This document shows positions 1-21,012 of a stretch of 64,000 nucleotides of DNA, one piece after another; the first letter of the stretch is position 1, and each line of letters opens with the position of its first letter. The notes under the pieces are model-generated. The model saw only the letters and a program-made list of their open reading frames with translations. It was not told where the DNA came from and searched no databases. Origin of the DNA: the human T2T-CHM13v2.0 reference genome, Homo sapiens; the NCBI RefSeq assembly GCF_009914755.1, contig NC_060936.1. One strand, written 5' to 3'. The position numbers and the translations under genes were made by a program.

Positions 1-849
1 ATGTACATTTAATTTTATGAAAAATTGTTTTTAATTTTATTATTATACTTTAAGTTTTAGGGTACATGTGCACAACGTGCAGGTTTGTTACATATGTATA
101 CATGTGCCATGTTGGTGTGCTGCACCCATTAACTCGTCATTTAGCATTAGGTATGTCTCCTAATGCTATCCCTCCCCCCTCCCCCCACCCCACAACAGTC
201 CCCGGTGTATGATGTTCCCCTTCCTGTGTCCATGTGTTCTCACTGTTCAATTCCCAACTACGAGTGAGAACATGCAGTGTTTGGTTTATTGTCCTTGCAA
301 TAGTTTGCTGAGAATGATGGTTTCCAGTTTCATCCATGTCCCTACAAAGGACATGAACTCATCATTTTTTATGGATGCATAGTATTCCATGGTGTATATG
401 TGCCACATTTTCTTAATCCAGTCTATCATTGTTGGACATTTAGGTTGGTTCCAAGTCTTTACTGTTGTGAATAGTGCCGCTATAAACATACGTGTGCATG
501 TGTCTTTATAGCAGCATGATTTATAATCCTTTGGGTATATACCCAGTAATGGGATGGCTGGGTCAAATGGTATTTCTAGTTCTAGATCCCTGAGGAATCG
601 CCACACTGACTTCCACAATAGTTGAACTAGTTTACAGTCCCACCAACAGTGTAAAAGTGTTCCTATTTCTCCACATCCTCTTCAGCACCTGTTGTTTCCT
701 GACTTTTTTAATGATCGCCATTCTAACTGTTGTGAGACAGTACCTCATTGTGGTTTTCATTTGCATTTCTCTGATGGCCAGTGATGATGAGCATTTTTTC
801 ATGTGTTTTTTGGCTGCATAAATGTCTTCTTTTGGGAAGTGTCTGTTCA

Positions 850-1320
<471 letters not shown>

Positions 1321-1323
1321 TTA

Positions 1324-1701
<378 letters not shown>

Positions 1702-1704
1702 CTA

Positions 1705-4072
<2,368 letters not shown>

Positions 4073-4099
4073 TTATTTTGCTCGTTAGTTGATGCAGTT

Positions 4100-5137
4100 T
4101 CTTCCTAGGCTTGATGGTCTTTACAATTCAGCATGTTTTTGCAGTGGCTGGTACCAGTTGTTCCTTTCCATGTTTAGTGCTTCCTTCAGGAGCTCTTGTA
4201 GGGCAGGCCTGGTGGTGACAAAATCTCTCTGCGTTTGCTTGTCTTAAAGTATTTTATTTCTCCTTCACTTATGAAGCTTAGTTTGGCTAGATATGAAATT
4301 CTGGGTTGAAAATTCTTTTCTTTAAGAATGTTGAATATTGGCCCCCACTCTCTTCTGGCTTGTAAAGTTTCTGCCGAGAGATCCGCTGTTAGTCTGATGG
4401 GCTTCCCTTTGTGGGTAACCCAACCTTTCTCTCTGGCTGCCCTTAACATTTTTTCCTTCATTTCAACTTTGGTGAATCTGACAACTATGTGTCTTGGAGT
4501 TGCTCTTCTCGAGGAATATCTTTGTGGCATTCTCTGTATTTCCTGAATTTGAATGTTGGCCTGCCTTGCTAGATTGGGGAAGTTCTCCTGGATAATATTC
4601 TGCAGAGTGTTTTCCAACTTGGTTCCATTCTCCCCATCACTTTCAATTACACCAATCAGACATAGATTTGGTCTTTTCACACAGTCCCATATTTCTTGGA
4701 GGCTTTGTTCATTTCTTTTTATTCTTTTTTCTCTAAACTTCTCTTCTCGCTTCATTTCATTCATTTCATCTTCCATCACTGATACCCTTTCTTCCAGTTG
4801 TTCTCATCGGCTACTGAGGCTTCTGCATTCATCACGTAGCTCTCGAGCCTTGGTTTTCAGCTCCATCAGGTCCTTTAAGGACTTCTCTGCATTGGTTATT
4901 CTAGTTATCCATTCATCTAATTTTTTTTCAAGGCTTTTAATTTCTTCGCCATTGGTTTGAATTTCCTCCTTTAGCTCGGAGTAGTTTGATCATCTGAAGC
5001 CTTCTTCTCTCAACTCGTCAAAGTCATTCTCCGTCCAGCTTTGTTCTGTTGCTGGTGAGGAGCTGCGTTCCTTTGGAGGAGGAGAGGTGCTCTGATTTTT
5101 AGAGTTTCCAGTTTTTCTGCTCTGTGTTTTTCCCATC
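4100..5137 (-). pseudogene. L1 ORF1p, frameshifted
   Basis: Fragment 4186-4779 reads EDEMNEMKREEKF...TPRHIVVRF...ARREWGPIF; ATG near 5137; end coordinate approximate. Confidence 0.85.
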
Positions 5138-5699
5138 TTTGTGGTTTTATCTACCTTTGGTCTTTGATGATGGTGACGTACAGATGGGTTTTTGGTGTGG
5201 ATGTCCTTTCTGTTTGTTAGTTTTCCTTCTAACAGACAGGACCCTCAGCTGCAGGTCTGTTGGAGTTTGCTAGAGGTCCACTCCAGACCCTGTTTGCCTG
5301 GGTATCAGCAGCGGTGGCTGTAGAACAGCATATATTGGTGAACTGCAAATGCTGCTGTCTCATCATTCCTCTGGAAGTTTTGTCTCAGAGGAGTACCTGG
5401 CTGTGTGAGGTGTCAGTCCACCCCTACTGGGGGGTGCCTCCCAGTTAGGCTACTCGGGGTTCAGGGACCCACTTGAGGAGGCAGTCTGCCTGTTCTCAGA
5501 TCTCAAGCTGCGTGCTGGGAGAACCACTACTCTCTTCAAAGCTGTCAGAGAGGTACATTTAAGTCTGCAGAGGTTACTGCTGTCTTTTTGTTTGTCTGCG
5601 CCCTGCCCCGAGAGATGGAGCCTACAGAAGCAGGCAGGCCTCCTTGAGCTGTGGTTGGCTCCACCCAGTTCGAGCTTCCAGGCTGCTTTGTTTACCTAA

Positions 5700-6167
5700 T
5701 CAAACAACTAACTTGGCAATGGTGGGCGCCCCTCCCACAGCCTGGCTGCCACCTTGCAGTTTGATCTGGGACTGCTGTGCTAGCAATGAGTGAGACTCTG
5801 TGGGCGTAGGACCCTCCAAGCCATGTGTGGGATATAATCTCCTGCTGTGCCATTTTTTAAGCCTGTTGGAAAAGCACAGTATTAGGGTGGGAGTGACCCA
5901 ATTCTCCAGGTGCCATCTGTCACCCCTTTCTTTGACTAGGAAAGGGAATTCCCTGACCCCTTTCGCTTCCCAGGTGAGGCGATACATCGCCCTGCTTCGG
6001 CTCACGCATGGTGCGCTGCACCCACTGTCCTGCACCTACTGTCTGGCACTCCCCTGTGAGATGAACCCAGTACCTCAGTTGGAAATGCAGAAATCACCCC
6101 TCTTCTGCGTTGCTCACGCTGGGAGCTGCAGACCGGAGCTGTTCCTATTCCGCCATCTTGGCTCCTC
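5700..6167 (+). promoter_or_regulatory. L1 5'UTR antisense-promoter region with truncated ORF0 and splice donor
   Basis: ORF0 ATG at 5719 (MVGAPPTAWLPPCSLIWDCCASNE*); donor CAG|GTGAGG at 5973/5974. Promoter activity is inferred from known L1 biology. Confidence 0.55.
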
Positions 6168-7417
6168 AATTTTATGAAAATTTCTAAATAAAACTATGTA
6201 ACTTCAAATATATTAAGTTTCTAGACAGAAAAAGCTTCTCTTTTGCTAATTCAGAAATTAAATGTAGTAATAAAACCATTGATTTATAATATAAAATTTA
6301 TTTTTTCCACTTGAATTTAATGTTTTAGATATCTTAAAAATTATTAATGTTTTATCTCTGTGCCTCTTTAGTATTTACTATTAAGCATTAATAGTTAGAA
6401 AAATACAAAAAACAGAACCCATGCAATACAGAATTTCCACCCCCTCCCCCCACACTTATTTGCATTATTGTCTTGTGCTTTGTTAACAATATATAGAGGG
6501 GAAAACATTTCTTGTTGGGGAAGTTAATCTTATACCTAACCATAGTGTTCCTATATAAACAAAATAATTCATATGTCTATGGCAGTAAAAAGAAAAGGCA
6601 TGCTGCAGTTTGGGTGCCAGAAAAGGGAGCCACCAGCATTCAGACACTAATAGTAAATGAAGGACCTGGAAGCTGAACAATATGTGGTTAATGTAGGGGA
6701 TAAGAGTCTGATTTATTATTTTGAATGACATTCTCAAGACTAGTGGTTCATTCTACCTCATTAAACTATAACCCCATGTTTCCTAATGTCTTCTATGTAG
6801 CAGAATGTTTTAAGAACCAAATTAACTGCATTAATTATCTTGTAGTGGGGAAAGGAATTGACCTATGTTTTCACTCAGTTTTCCATTCTTAGAGCACAAG
6901 AAACTTTGTGTTTGTTTTTTTATTTATTTCACTGACGTGTATGTTTTTAAGATGTTTGTGTCATTATAAATATTGCTTTTCACACTCAATTTTGTGTAAT
7001 CTTCACAGGTGCCTCCCATTTGGCAGAGGAGGACTTCTGAGGTATCAAAAGTGTAGATGGTTATCTTAGATTCTTTCATACTGAAAGATGTAAAATTTGG
7101 ATGCAGCCCATATGACTCCAAAGCTCTTCACAAACAGCATAAAATGACTGATAATTTACTGCTGGAAATATCCCGTGCCCATTCAAATTTCTCACATAAT
7201 ACTAAAACTAAATAGACGGGAAAAACCTAAATAACCTTATTTTGATTTTACTGTGGTTGCTTCTAAATGTAAAACTATTCTATCAGATGCACTGCCAAGA
7301 AAACTCCAATTTGTATCAGCGTTTTTTTGTCTGTTTTTTCCCGTTGGCAACTTCAGGGACCAAAAGTTGACCAGGCTTCATTATAATCCACTCATTTTTC
7401 TCAGATAGGTCTTGGCT

Positions 7418-8345
7418 ATGAAGAGCGAACTGAACAGGAATTACTCAGAGGTGACAGAGTTTATTCTGCTGGGATTCAGAACATCGCCAGAAGCACAGAT
7501 TCTCTTATTCTTCCTGTTCTTGCTTATCTACATGGTCATTGTGTTGAGAAATCTCAGCATGTTAGTTGTCATTGAAATAGACTCCAGACTTCACACACCT
7601 GTGTATTTCTTTCTCAGAAATTTGTCCTATTTGGATCTCCGCTACTCCACAGTCATTGCTTCCAAAACTGACTACTTTATTTTCCAAGGAAAAGAAAATT
7701 TCTTACAATGGTTGAGCAACACAGTTGTTTTTCTTTGCTCTCTTTGTTGGGACTGAAGGTTTTTTTCTGGATATGATGGCATATGATCGCTTCTCAGCTA
7801 TTTGTTCACCTTTCTTCTATACTGTATGTATGTCTCAGCAAGCTTGTGTTTGTTTGGTGGTTGGCTCCTCTATCTGTGGATGCATCAACTCCATGATACA
7901 AACAGGTTTTACCTTCAGTTTGCATTTCTGTGGAGAAAACAGATTAGAGCACTTTTTCTGTGATGTCTCAGTCATGATCAAGAACTCATGTATTGACATC
8001 CTTGTGAATGAGGTAGTACTGTTTATTCTCTCTGCTCTCATCACCACCACCACAACTGTCATTCTGGCTTCCTATGTGCATATCCTCTCCACTGTCCTGA
8101 AGATTCTCTCAACCCACGGCAGAAGGAAGACTTTCTCCACTTGCAGCTCTCACATCACTGTGGTGAGTTTATTCTATGGAACTGTATTCTTCATGTATGC
8201 CCAACCTGGGGCCATCTCCAAAGAGCAAGGTTATAGCTGTATTCTAAACTCTTGTCATCCCTATGTTAAATATCTGATTTATAGTCTAAGAAATAGGTGC
8301 AAAATGCTTTGAAAAGGACATTGATAAGAAAAATATCTTTTCATT
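7418..8345 (+). pseudogene. OR9R1P: Olfactory receptor pseudogene, OR9-family (OR9K/OR9R-like); symbol tentative
   Basis: Motifs NYSEVTEFILLGF, LHTPVYFFL, MAYDRF, HFFCD, KTFSTCSSH, LIYSLRN. Lesions: frameshift ~7667, TGA at 7713-7715 replacing the conserved Cys, further frameshifts and a stop in TM7. Acceptor ttttctcag at 7404. The 3' end is approximate and the symbol comes from resemblance and remembered gene order only. Confidence 0.9.
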
Positions 8346-8502
8346 GGCCTCTAGCCATCTATAAAACTATAGAAGCAACTAAGAGCAATACTATCAGTAA
8401 TTTATTATAGAATAATTTCAAAGAAAAACATCTGAAAGTATGGAGATGAAAGTTTATTTTCATGTTTTGACCATCAACAGATCCTTTTAAAAATGAATTA
8501 AA

Positions 8503-8866
<364 letters not shown>

Positions 8867-10388
8867 CTAGGTATTCCATAGTTTGTTATTCTTGCTTCAT
8901 TGTCTTAGTTGTACTCAAAACTGCAACTGAAATACAGTATTCACAAATTAATACATAAATACACATTAAGTTTATTAATATATCTATATATGTATGAATA
9001 TCTATATACTAATCTATTGGAGAGGGAAAAAGAGAGACACTACTTAACGTTCTTCAATATTTGTTTAATCTAGATCATAATCAAGTTGGCTATTGTACAA
9101 CTTTTGCAAATGAGAATTAGAAATGCTATGGTAATCTAAATTATATAATGTAAATTATTGGCTTTGCCAAACCATTATGCAAAGGAGCAAGGCTAAATAT
9201 TATACCAGTAATATTGCTAAAGCATCCACCTATATTAATGATTTCATCCAGAAGAAAAATAAGTAAATAAATAAATAAATGTGATATAGTTGCGGTAAAA
9301 CTATCTTGTCATGGGGTTCAATAATAAATGTTTGATAAATAATCAGTATAATTTATGCTTATTGATCTATTAACTTTTATGTATGTTCTTGCATCACTTT
9401 TATAATTTATATATTGATTTGAAAATTTTTATTTTATTCTAGATTTGAACAATTATTACCATGTGTAAAATATTTTCTCAGATTAATAATAAAAATATTA
9501 ACATAGTAAAGCCAAATAACCAAATCATAAATTTTAATTGACATAATAAAAGAAAATATTAATATCCTAAATTTTATTTTCTAATAATTTAATCCTTTCT
9601 ATGTCTTTGGTTATATATACTTTTTATTTTTAATCCTGAGAATTTTATTTTTGTCCCTTAATTAAATTTGCCAATGGTTTGACTTTATACCATTAGAATT
9701 TTGAGTTCTATATCATTATTTTCAAAGTAGTTGATGGTGTAATATCTAGTTATTGCATAAGTTTTTGTTTTTGTTTTGTTTTGCTTAAATACATTCAAAA
9801 TTGCAACATATAACATCATAATTATATTAATACAAACATTAAAGTTATTATATCTGCATATGTATCTGTACATTCATGTAATTATTTTATGTTTCTAAGA
9901 GTTTTTGTTTTATTAGCCATCTTTTTTCTGCATTTAAATGTTAAATGCTTAGTATCTTATTTACAGTTTTTAATTTAATGAATTATGTTTAAAAGTTTTG
10001 AATAGTTTTCAGTGTAATTTATTTTAATTTTTATTATTGTATATATAACATTTTGTTAATTTTAATGTTCATTTTCACCTATGGATTATTTAGTTAAGGT
10101 TTCTTATTTCAATATAGTTGTTTTATTTAGACAATAACTTTTTATTGTTGATTTTTCTTTTATTTATTTATTTATTTATTTTTTATTAATATACTTTAAG
10201 TTTTAGGGTACATGTGCACATTGTGCAGGTTACATATGTATACATGTGCCATGCTGGTGCACTGCACCCACTAACTCGTCATCTAGCATTAGGTATGTCT
10301 CCCAATGCTATCCCTCCCGCCTCCCCCCACACCACAACAGTCCCCAGGGTGTGATGTTCCCCTTCCTGTGTCCATGTGTTCTCATTGT

Positions 10389-14242
<3,854 letters not shown>

Positions 14243-14278
14243 TTAGTTGATGCAGTTTCTTCCTAGTCTCAATGTTCT

Positions 14279-15296
14279 TTACATTTTGGCATGATTTTGC
14301 AGTGGCTGGTACCAGTTGTTCCTTTCCATGTTTAGCGCTTCCTTCAGGAGCTCTTTTAGGGCAGGCCTGGTGGTGACAAAATCTCTCAGCATTTGCTTGT
14401 CTGTAAAGTATTTTATTTCTCCTTCACTTATGAAGCTTAGTTTGGCTGGATATGAAATTCTGGGTTGAAAATTCTTTTCTTTAAGAATGTTGAATATTGG
14501 CCCCCACTCTCTTCTGGCTTGTAGGGTTTCTGCCGAGAGATCCGCTGTTAGTCTGATGGGCTTCCCTTTGAGGGTAACCCAACCTTTCTCTCTGGCTGCC
14601 CTTAACATTTTTTCCTTCATTTCAACTTTGGTGAATCTGACGATTATGTGTCTTGGAGTTGCTCTTCTCGAGGAGTATCTTTGTGGTGTTCTCTGTATTT
14701 CCTGAATCTGAACATTGGCCTGCCTTGCTAGATTGGGGAAGTTCTCCTGGATAATATCCTGCAGAGTGTTTTCCACCTTGGTTCCATTCTCCCCATCACT
14801 TTCAGGTACACCAATCAGACGTAGATTTGGTCTTTTCACATAGTCCCATATTTCTTGGAGGCTTTGCTCATTTCTTTTTATTCTTTTTTTCTCTAAACTT
14901 CCCTTCTCGCTTCATTTCATTTATTTCATCTTCCATTGCTGATACCCTTTCTTCCAGTTGATCGCATCGGCTCCTGAGGCTTCTGCATTCTTCACATAGT
15001 TCTCGAGCCTTGGTTTTCAGCTCCATCAGCTCCTTTAAGCACTTCTCTGTATTGGTTATTCTAGTTATACATTCTTCTAAATTTTTTTCAAAGTTTTCAA
15101 CTTCTTTGCCTTTGGTTTGAATGTCCTCCCATAGCTCAGAGTAATTTGATCGTCTGAAGCCTTCTTCTCTCAGCTCGTCAAAGTCATTCTCCATCCAGCT
15201 TTGTTCCGTTGCTGGTGAGGAACTGCGTTCCCTTGGAGGAGGAGAGGCGCTCTGCTTTTTAGAGTTTCCAGTTTTTCTGTTCTGTTTTTTCCCCAT
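14279..15296 (-). pseudogene. L1 ORF1p broken by a single +1 A in an A-run (~14885)
   Basis: MGKKQNRKTGN...GKFREKK (15296-14868) then KRPNLRLIG...NHAKM (14839-14279); T7 run where the other L1 copies here have T6. Confidence 0.93.
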
Positions 15297-15743
15297 CTTG
15301 GTGGTTTTATCTACTTTTGGTCTTTGACGATGGTGATGTACAGATGGGTTTTTGGTGTGGATGTCCTTTCTGTTTGTTAGTTTTCCTTGTAACAGACAGG
15401 ACCCTCAGCTGCAGGTCTGTTGGAATACCCTGCCGTGTGAGGTGTCAGTGTGCTCCTGCTGGGGGTGCCTCCCAGTTAGGCTGCTCGGGGGTCAGGGACT
15501 CACTTGAGGAGGCAGTCTGCCCGTTCTCAGATCTCCAGCTGCGTGCTGGGAGAACCACTGCTCTCTTCAAAGCTGTCAGACAGGGACATTTATGTCTACA
15601 GAGGTTACTGCTGTCTTTTTGTTTGTCTGCACCCTGCCCCCAGAGGTGGAGCCTACAGAGGCAGGCAGGCCTCCTTGAGCTGTGGTGGGCTCCACCCAGT
15701 TCGAGCTTCCAGGCTGCTTTGTTTACCTAATCAAGCCTGGGCA

Positions 15744-16052
15744 ATGGCAGGCACCCCTCCCCCAGCCTCGCTGAGGCCTTGCAGTTTGATCTCAGACTGC
15801 TGTGCTAGCAATCAGCGAGACTCCATGGGCGCAGGACCCTCCGAGCCAGGTGCCGGATATACTCTCGTGGTGCGCCATTTTTTAAGCCCGTCAGAAAAGC
15901 GCAGTATTCAGGTGGGAGTGACCGAATTTTCCAGGTGCCCTCCGTCACCCCTTTCTTTGACTCAGAAAGGGAACTCCCTGACCCCTTGTGCTTCCCGAGT
16001 GAGGCAATGCCTCGCCCTGCTTCGGCTCGCCCACGGTGTGCGAACCCACTGA
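15744..16052 (+). CDS. L1 antisense ORF0, open 102-aa long form (expression unknown)
   Basis: gcaATGg context; MAGTPPPASLRPCSLISDCCASNQRDSMGAGPSEPG... matches primate L1 ORF0. Confidence 0.6.
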   Translation: MAGTPPPASLRPCSLISDCCASNQRDSMGAGPSEPGAGYTLVVRHFLSPSEKRSIQVGVTEFSRCPPSPLSLTQKGNSLTPCASRVRQCLALLRLAHGVRTH

Positions 16053-16664
16053 CCTGCGCCCACTGTCTGGCACTCCCTAGTGAGATGAACGCTGTACCTC
16101 AGTTGGAAGTGCAGAAATCACCCGTCTTCTGCGTCGCTCATGCTGGGAGCTGTAGACCGGAGCTGTTCCTATTTGGCCATCTTGGCTCCTCCCCCCAATT
16201 CCATTTTATTATCTTAAGTTTAGAGAATTTAAACTCAAAAAATCTATTTGGTGAAATTTACAGTTATAATGCTTGCTTGACAAGATATTATGGTTTGTAA
16301 ATATTCCATGAATTTAAGCAAAGGATGCCTATCGCTTACATATTATCAAATTGAAACTTACAATGTATTAGATATAATAAAAGTTGATCACTGTGGGTAA
16401 GTTGGTGTACCAGATAGACATTAATGGTTGAATATTAAAAATGCAGTCACATTCCCTTTATTAACTAAAAGATTTTTTAAAATTATTGTCTGAGAAGCTG
16501 TAGAAAGAGCATTTGACAAATTTTAACATTACCAAAAAACTTAGTAACCTTAGAAAATAACTAAGCTTCATTAACCTAATAAAGTAGGTGTATACAAACA
16601 GAATAAACCCATATTTAAAATGGGAAAATAATAGAAGCATTTTCTTTAAAATTAGGAAAAAGAC

Positions 16665-17015
<351 letters not shown>

Positions 17016-17113
17016 CTAGCCAGTGCAATACGATAATAATAAAATTAAAAGTATAAAGGATCAAATGTGAGATTAAACTGTCATTTATATGATAATTTAA
17101 AGAAGAGTTTATA

Positions 17114-17335
17114 CATTGAGTACACGTGGACACAAAGAAGGAACAATAGACAACGGCGCTACTTGAGGGTGAAGCGGGGAGGAGGGTTAGGATTGCAAAA
17201 CTACCTATTGGATACCATGCTTATTACCTGGGCGACTAAATAACCTGTACACCAAACCCCCATAATGTGTAATTTACCTATATAACAAACCTGCACATAT
17301 ACCCCTGAAAGTAAAATAAAAACTAGTAAAAAAGA
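17114..17335 (+). mobile_element. 5'-truncated L1 3' end (old L1PA/L1PB type)
   Basis: L1 3'UTR terminus; perfect 16-bp TSD taaagaagagtttata at 17098-17113 and 17336-17351. Confidence 0.88.
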
Positions 17336-17499
17336 TAAAGAAGAGTTTATAAAGATGTTTTGGTTAATGTACAAAAATCAATTGCACGTTTACACAACAG
17401 CAGTAAAGAAATATGACGTTTAATTTAAAAGATTATACCCTTTACATGTGTATCAGAGATTATCAACTTTTTAGGGATAATTTAGTAAAAGATGTATAA

Positions 17500-17843
<344 letters not shown>

Positions 17844-18231
17844 TATATCATGCAACACTTTTATTGCTGAAAAATTACAAAGTGCATCAACCATGCAAGA
17901 AAAGATAGGTACATGTAAATACAATAGAATTAAGTATTGTTTCCTCCAGAAGGATGTTTTGTAAAAAGTAAAAGTACAAAATATAAGCCAAAAGAATTGA
18001 ACAAGATTATATACTAAGTGCCTACAGATCTATAATAATGTCTAATCAATTACATGAAATGGGTAAAATTGATTAACACATTTTATAGAAGAGCAACCAA
18101 TAAAATGTATTGGGTTTTTAATAAAAGAAATGGAAATTAAGATTATAACAAAATTCCATTTTACACCCATTCAATTTGAAATAAATAAAAAAGTCTGATG
18201 ATGCCAATGTTGGAGAGTATATGGTCTACAG

Positions 18232-18518
18232 CACGCATTCTTAACAGGGGCACTGTTGCCTCTAAGGGTGAAAAATTGCTTCTTGTATGTGGTAGAAAAA
18301 TCTTACTCCCTATAATTTCTTAGAAATCATATTTTTTAAAAATTTATACATACAAATAAATATAAAAATTCTACATACAATAGATGAACAGTTATACAGT
18401 GGTCTATGGTATTAACATTATATAGTGATGACTAAAAATGTACAAAGAAGACATTTTTTTCATAATTTCTCATTGTCGTTGGGGTGATAATGAAAAAATA
18501 AGATTGTATCTACAGGTA
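18232..18518. mobile_element. hAT-Charlie-type non-autonomous DNA transposon
   Basis: Perfect 8-bp TSD gtctacag (18224-18231, 18519-18526); degenerate Charlie-like left terminus; host L1 resumes after it. Confidence 0.6.
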
Positions 18519-18924
18519 GTCTACAGACTCTGGTTCACATTGCATTTGTAAATAAATGAAAATAATTAGAGAACACATTTGTCATTATCTCCTGTAGTGG
18601 GACATATATATCTTATGACCCAGAAATTCCTCTCCTGAGCAGATATCCAAGAGACTATCTTACACATATATTGGAGAAGATATATATATAAGAATGTCTA
18701 TAAAAGCATAGTGAACAAAATAAAAATTCCGGAAATAAATCAGATGCTTATCAATGGGATTGTTCATTGATTAAAAAATGGTGTATTTACACAATAGAAT
18801 ATTCTGAGACAAGTAAATTACAGATACACCCCAAGCAATTGAATCTAAGCAATAATATATTAACAAGAAAAAGTAAGTCCCAAAAGATCACTTACAGAAT
18901 GCTTCTTTTAAAAACACTGAAGTC

Positions 18925-19430
18925 TATACTTTATTCGAATTTTATTAGTTTTTTCCTTAAAAGTTCTTTTTCTGTCCCAGGAACTCTTCCAGGATATCAC
19001 GTTGCATTTCATTGCCATGTGTCTTAGCCTCCACTGGACTGTGACAGTTTCTCAGACGTCTTTGTTTTTAATGACCTTGACTGTTTTGAGGAGTAAGGGT
19101 CAGGTATTACAGAATGCTGCTCTGTTGGGGTTTATCTGATGGTTTCTCATGGTTAGACTGTGGTTATGACTTTTTGGATGACTACTGAGGTGAAATGTCA
19201 TTATCAACACATCATATCAAGGATACACACTATCAAATATAACTTATCCCTAATGACGTTAACCTTGATTACCGACTGAGGTAGTGTTTATCAGGTTTCT
19301 CTTCTATAGAATTGCATTCTTTCCATTTCTATACCATCCTCTTTACAAGCAAACTACTAAGTGTAGCTCACACTTAGAGGGTGGGTAATTAAGCTCTCCG
19401 TATTGAGGAGGAAATACATAAATGTATGAA
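18925..19430 (-). mobile_element. Old L1MB/L1MC 3'UTR fragment
   Basis: gtgacagtttctcagac...atgaccttgac...ggtcaggtatt, typical of old L1 3'UTRs; boundaries approximate. Confidence 0.5.
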
Positions 19431-20357
19431 ATTCTGTATGTGATACAAATAAGATAAACATATCTAAAATAAAAACAATTAGCAATGTATACATATGCAA
19501 ACTATATTAAATTATAACAACTGAATGATTCACATGGGAATCAGAATGTTATCTTGGTTGGGAGGATATAGGTGTATGGAAAGAGAGGGAACCACAGGGT
19601 TAGATATCTGTTATGGTTAATGTTCATATGTGGTCCAAAGATGATAGTGTAACATGAAACAAGAATTATTATTATTTTTTCTGCACATTAGAAAGCCAAA
19701 TATATTAAAACTGTAATGTAGTATCCTTCTGTGTATGCTTTATGATTTTCCCAGAATCTTACCTAATATATTATTAATATTTTTGCTTCTACTTTTTTGT
19801 TTGAATTTGGTTTTCCTTTTAGCTCTTGTAACCATTTTTACTTTTGATATTTGTTTAGTTATTTTTCTTCCTACTTGGCTCATTTTTGCTAATATTAGTT
19901 TCTTCCAGAGGTTTGTTTTTTTTTTCTTTTGGTTTGTGGATTTTTTTATAGATGTTTCTTCAGTTAGTACTTCATTAACATTTGAGAATAAAGCAATGCA
20001 ATTCTAATTAATTTGCATTTCCTTAACTTTGATATTGAATATATGTGTATATTGAAAATTATATATTCACTTTGATGACATGTATGTTCATATTGTTTAT
20101 GTCAAATTTCATTGTCTTGTTCATTTTCTATTTGTTGAGATTTAAAAATTCTAAATGATGTTTTTAATAAGGTATGTGATTTGCAAGTATTTTATCTGAA
20201 TATGTTGTTTTTTGCTTATCATAGCAAATATTTCAAAGATAAGTTCTTAATTTTAATGAAGTTCAATTTATCATGTTTTTATTTATTGATTGTTCTATGG
20301 TGAGTTATCAAAGAAATCCTTGTCTAACTCAAGGTCGTAAACATTTTCTTTTGTTTC

Positions 20358-21012
20358 TGATATGGTGCGGGTGTGTCCCCACCCAAATCTCATCTTGAAT
20401 TGTAGCTCTCACAATTTCCACATGTCATGGTAGGGACCCAGTGGAAGGTAATTGAATCATGGGGGCGGGTCTTTCCTGTGCTGTTCTCCTCATAGTGAAT
20501 AAGTCTCATGAGATCTGATGGTTTTACAAAGAAGAGTTCCCCTGTACAAGCTCTGTCTCTATGCCTGCCACCATCCATGTAAGACGTGACTTGCTCCTCT
20601 TTGCCTTCCACCATGATTGTGAGGCCTCCCCAGCCATGTGGAACTGTGAGTCCATTAAGCCTCTATCCTTTATAAATTACCCAGCCTCAGGTATGTCTTT
20701 ATTAACAGTGTGAGCACAGACTAATACTGTAAGTTGGTACCAGGAGTAGGGCACTGCTGTAAAGACATCCAAAAATGTGAAAGTGACTTTGGAACTGTGT
20801 AACAGGCAGAGTTTGGAACAATTTGGAGGGCTCAGAAGAAGACAGGAAAATGTGGAAAAGTTGGAACTTCCTAGAGACTTGTTGAATGGCTTTTACCAAA
20901 ATGCTGATAATGATATGGATGATGAAATCTAGGCTGAGGTGGTCTCAGATGGAGAGGAGGAACTTGTTGGGAACTGGAGTAAAGGCCACTCTTGCTACTC
21001 TTGCTATGTTTT
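20358..21012 (+). mobile_element. THE1 (MaLR) 5' LTR (20358-20728) plus ~280 bp of truncated internal sequence
   Basis: tgatatgg...cccacccaaatctcatcttg...gactaatact, followed by gtaagttggtaccagga internal start; embedded in old minus-strand L1. Confidence 0.9.

Noticed and set aside
7725-8312. 195-aa ORF as a functional short GPCR
   Set aside because: Pseudogene fragment with a TTG start after an in-frame TGA and a frameshifted TM7.
19735-20007. Hydrophobic 90-aa ORF resembling a membrane peptide
   Set aside because: Product of T-rich low-complexity sequence; the same applies to 32013-32198.
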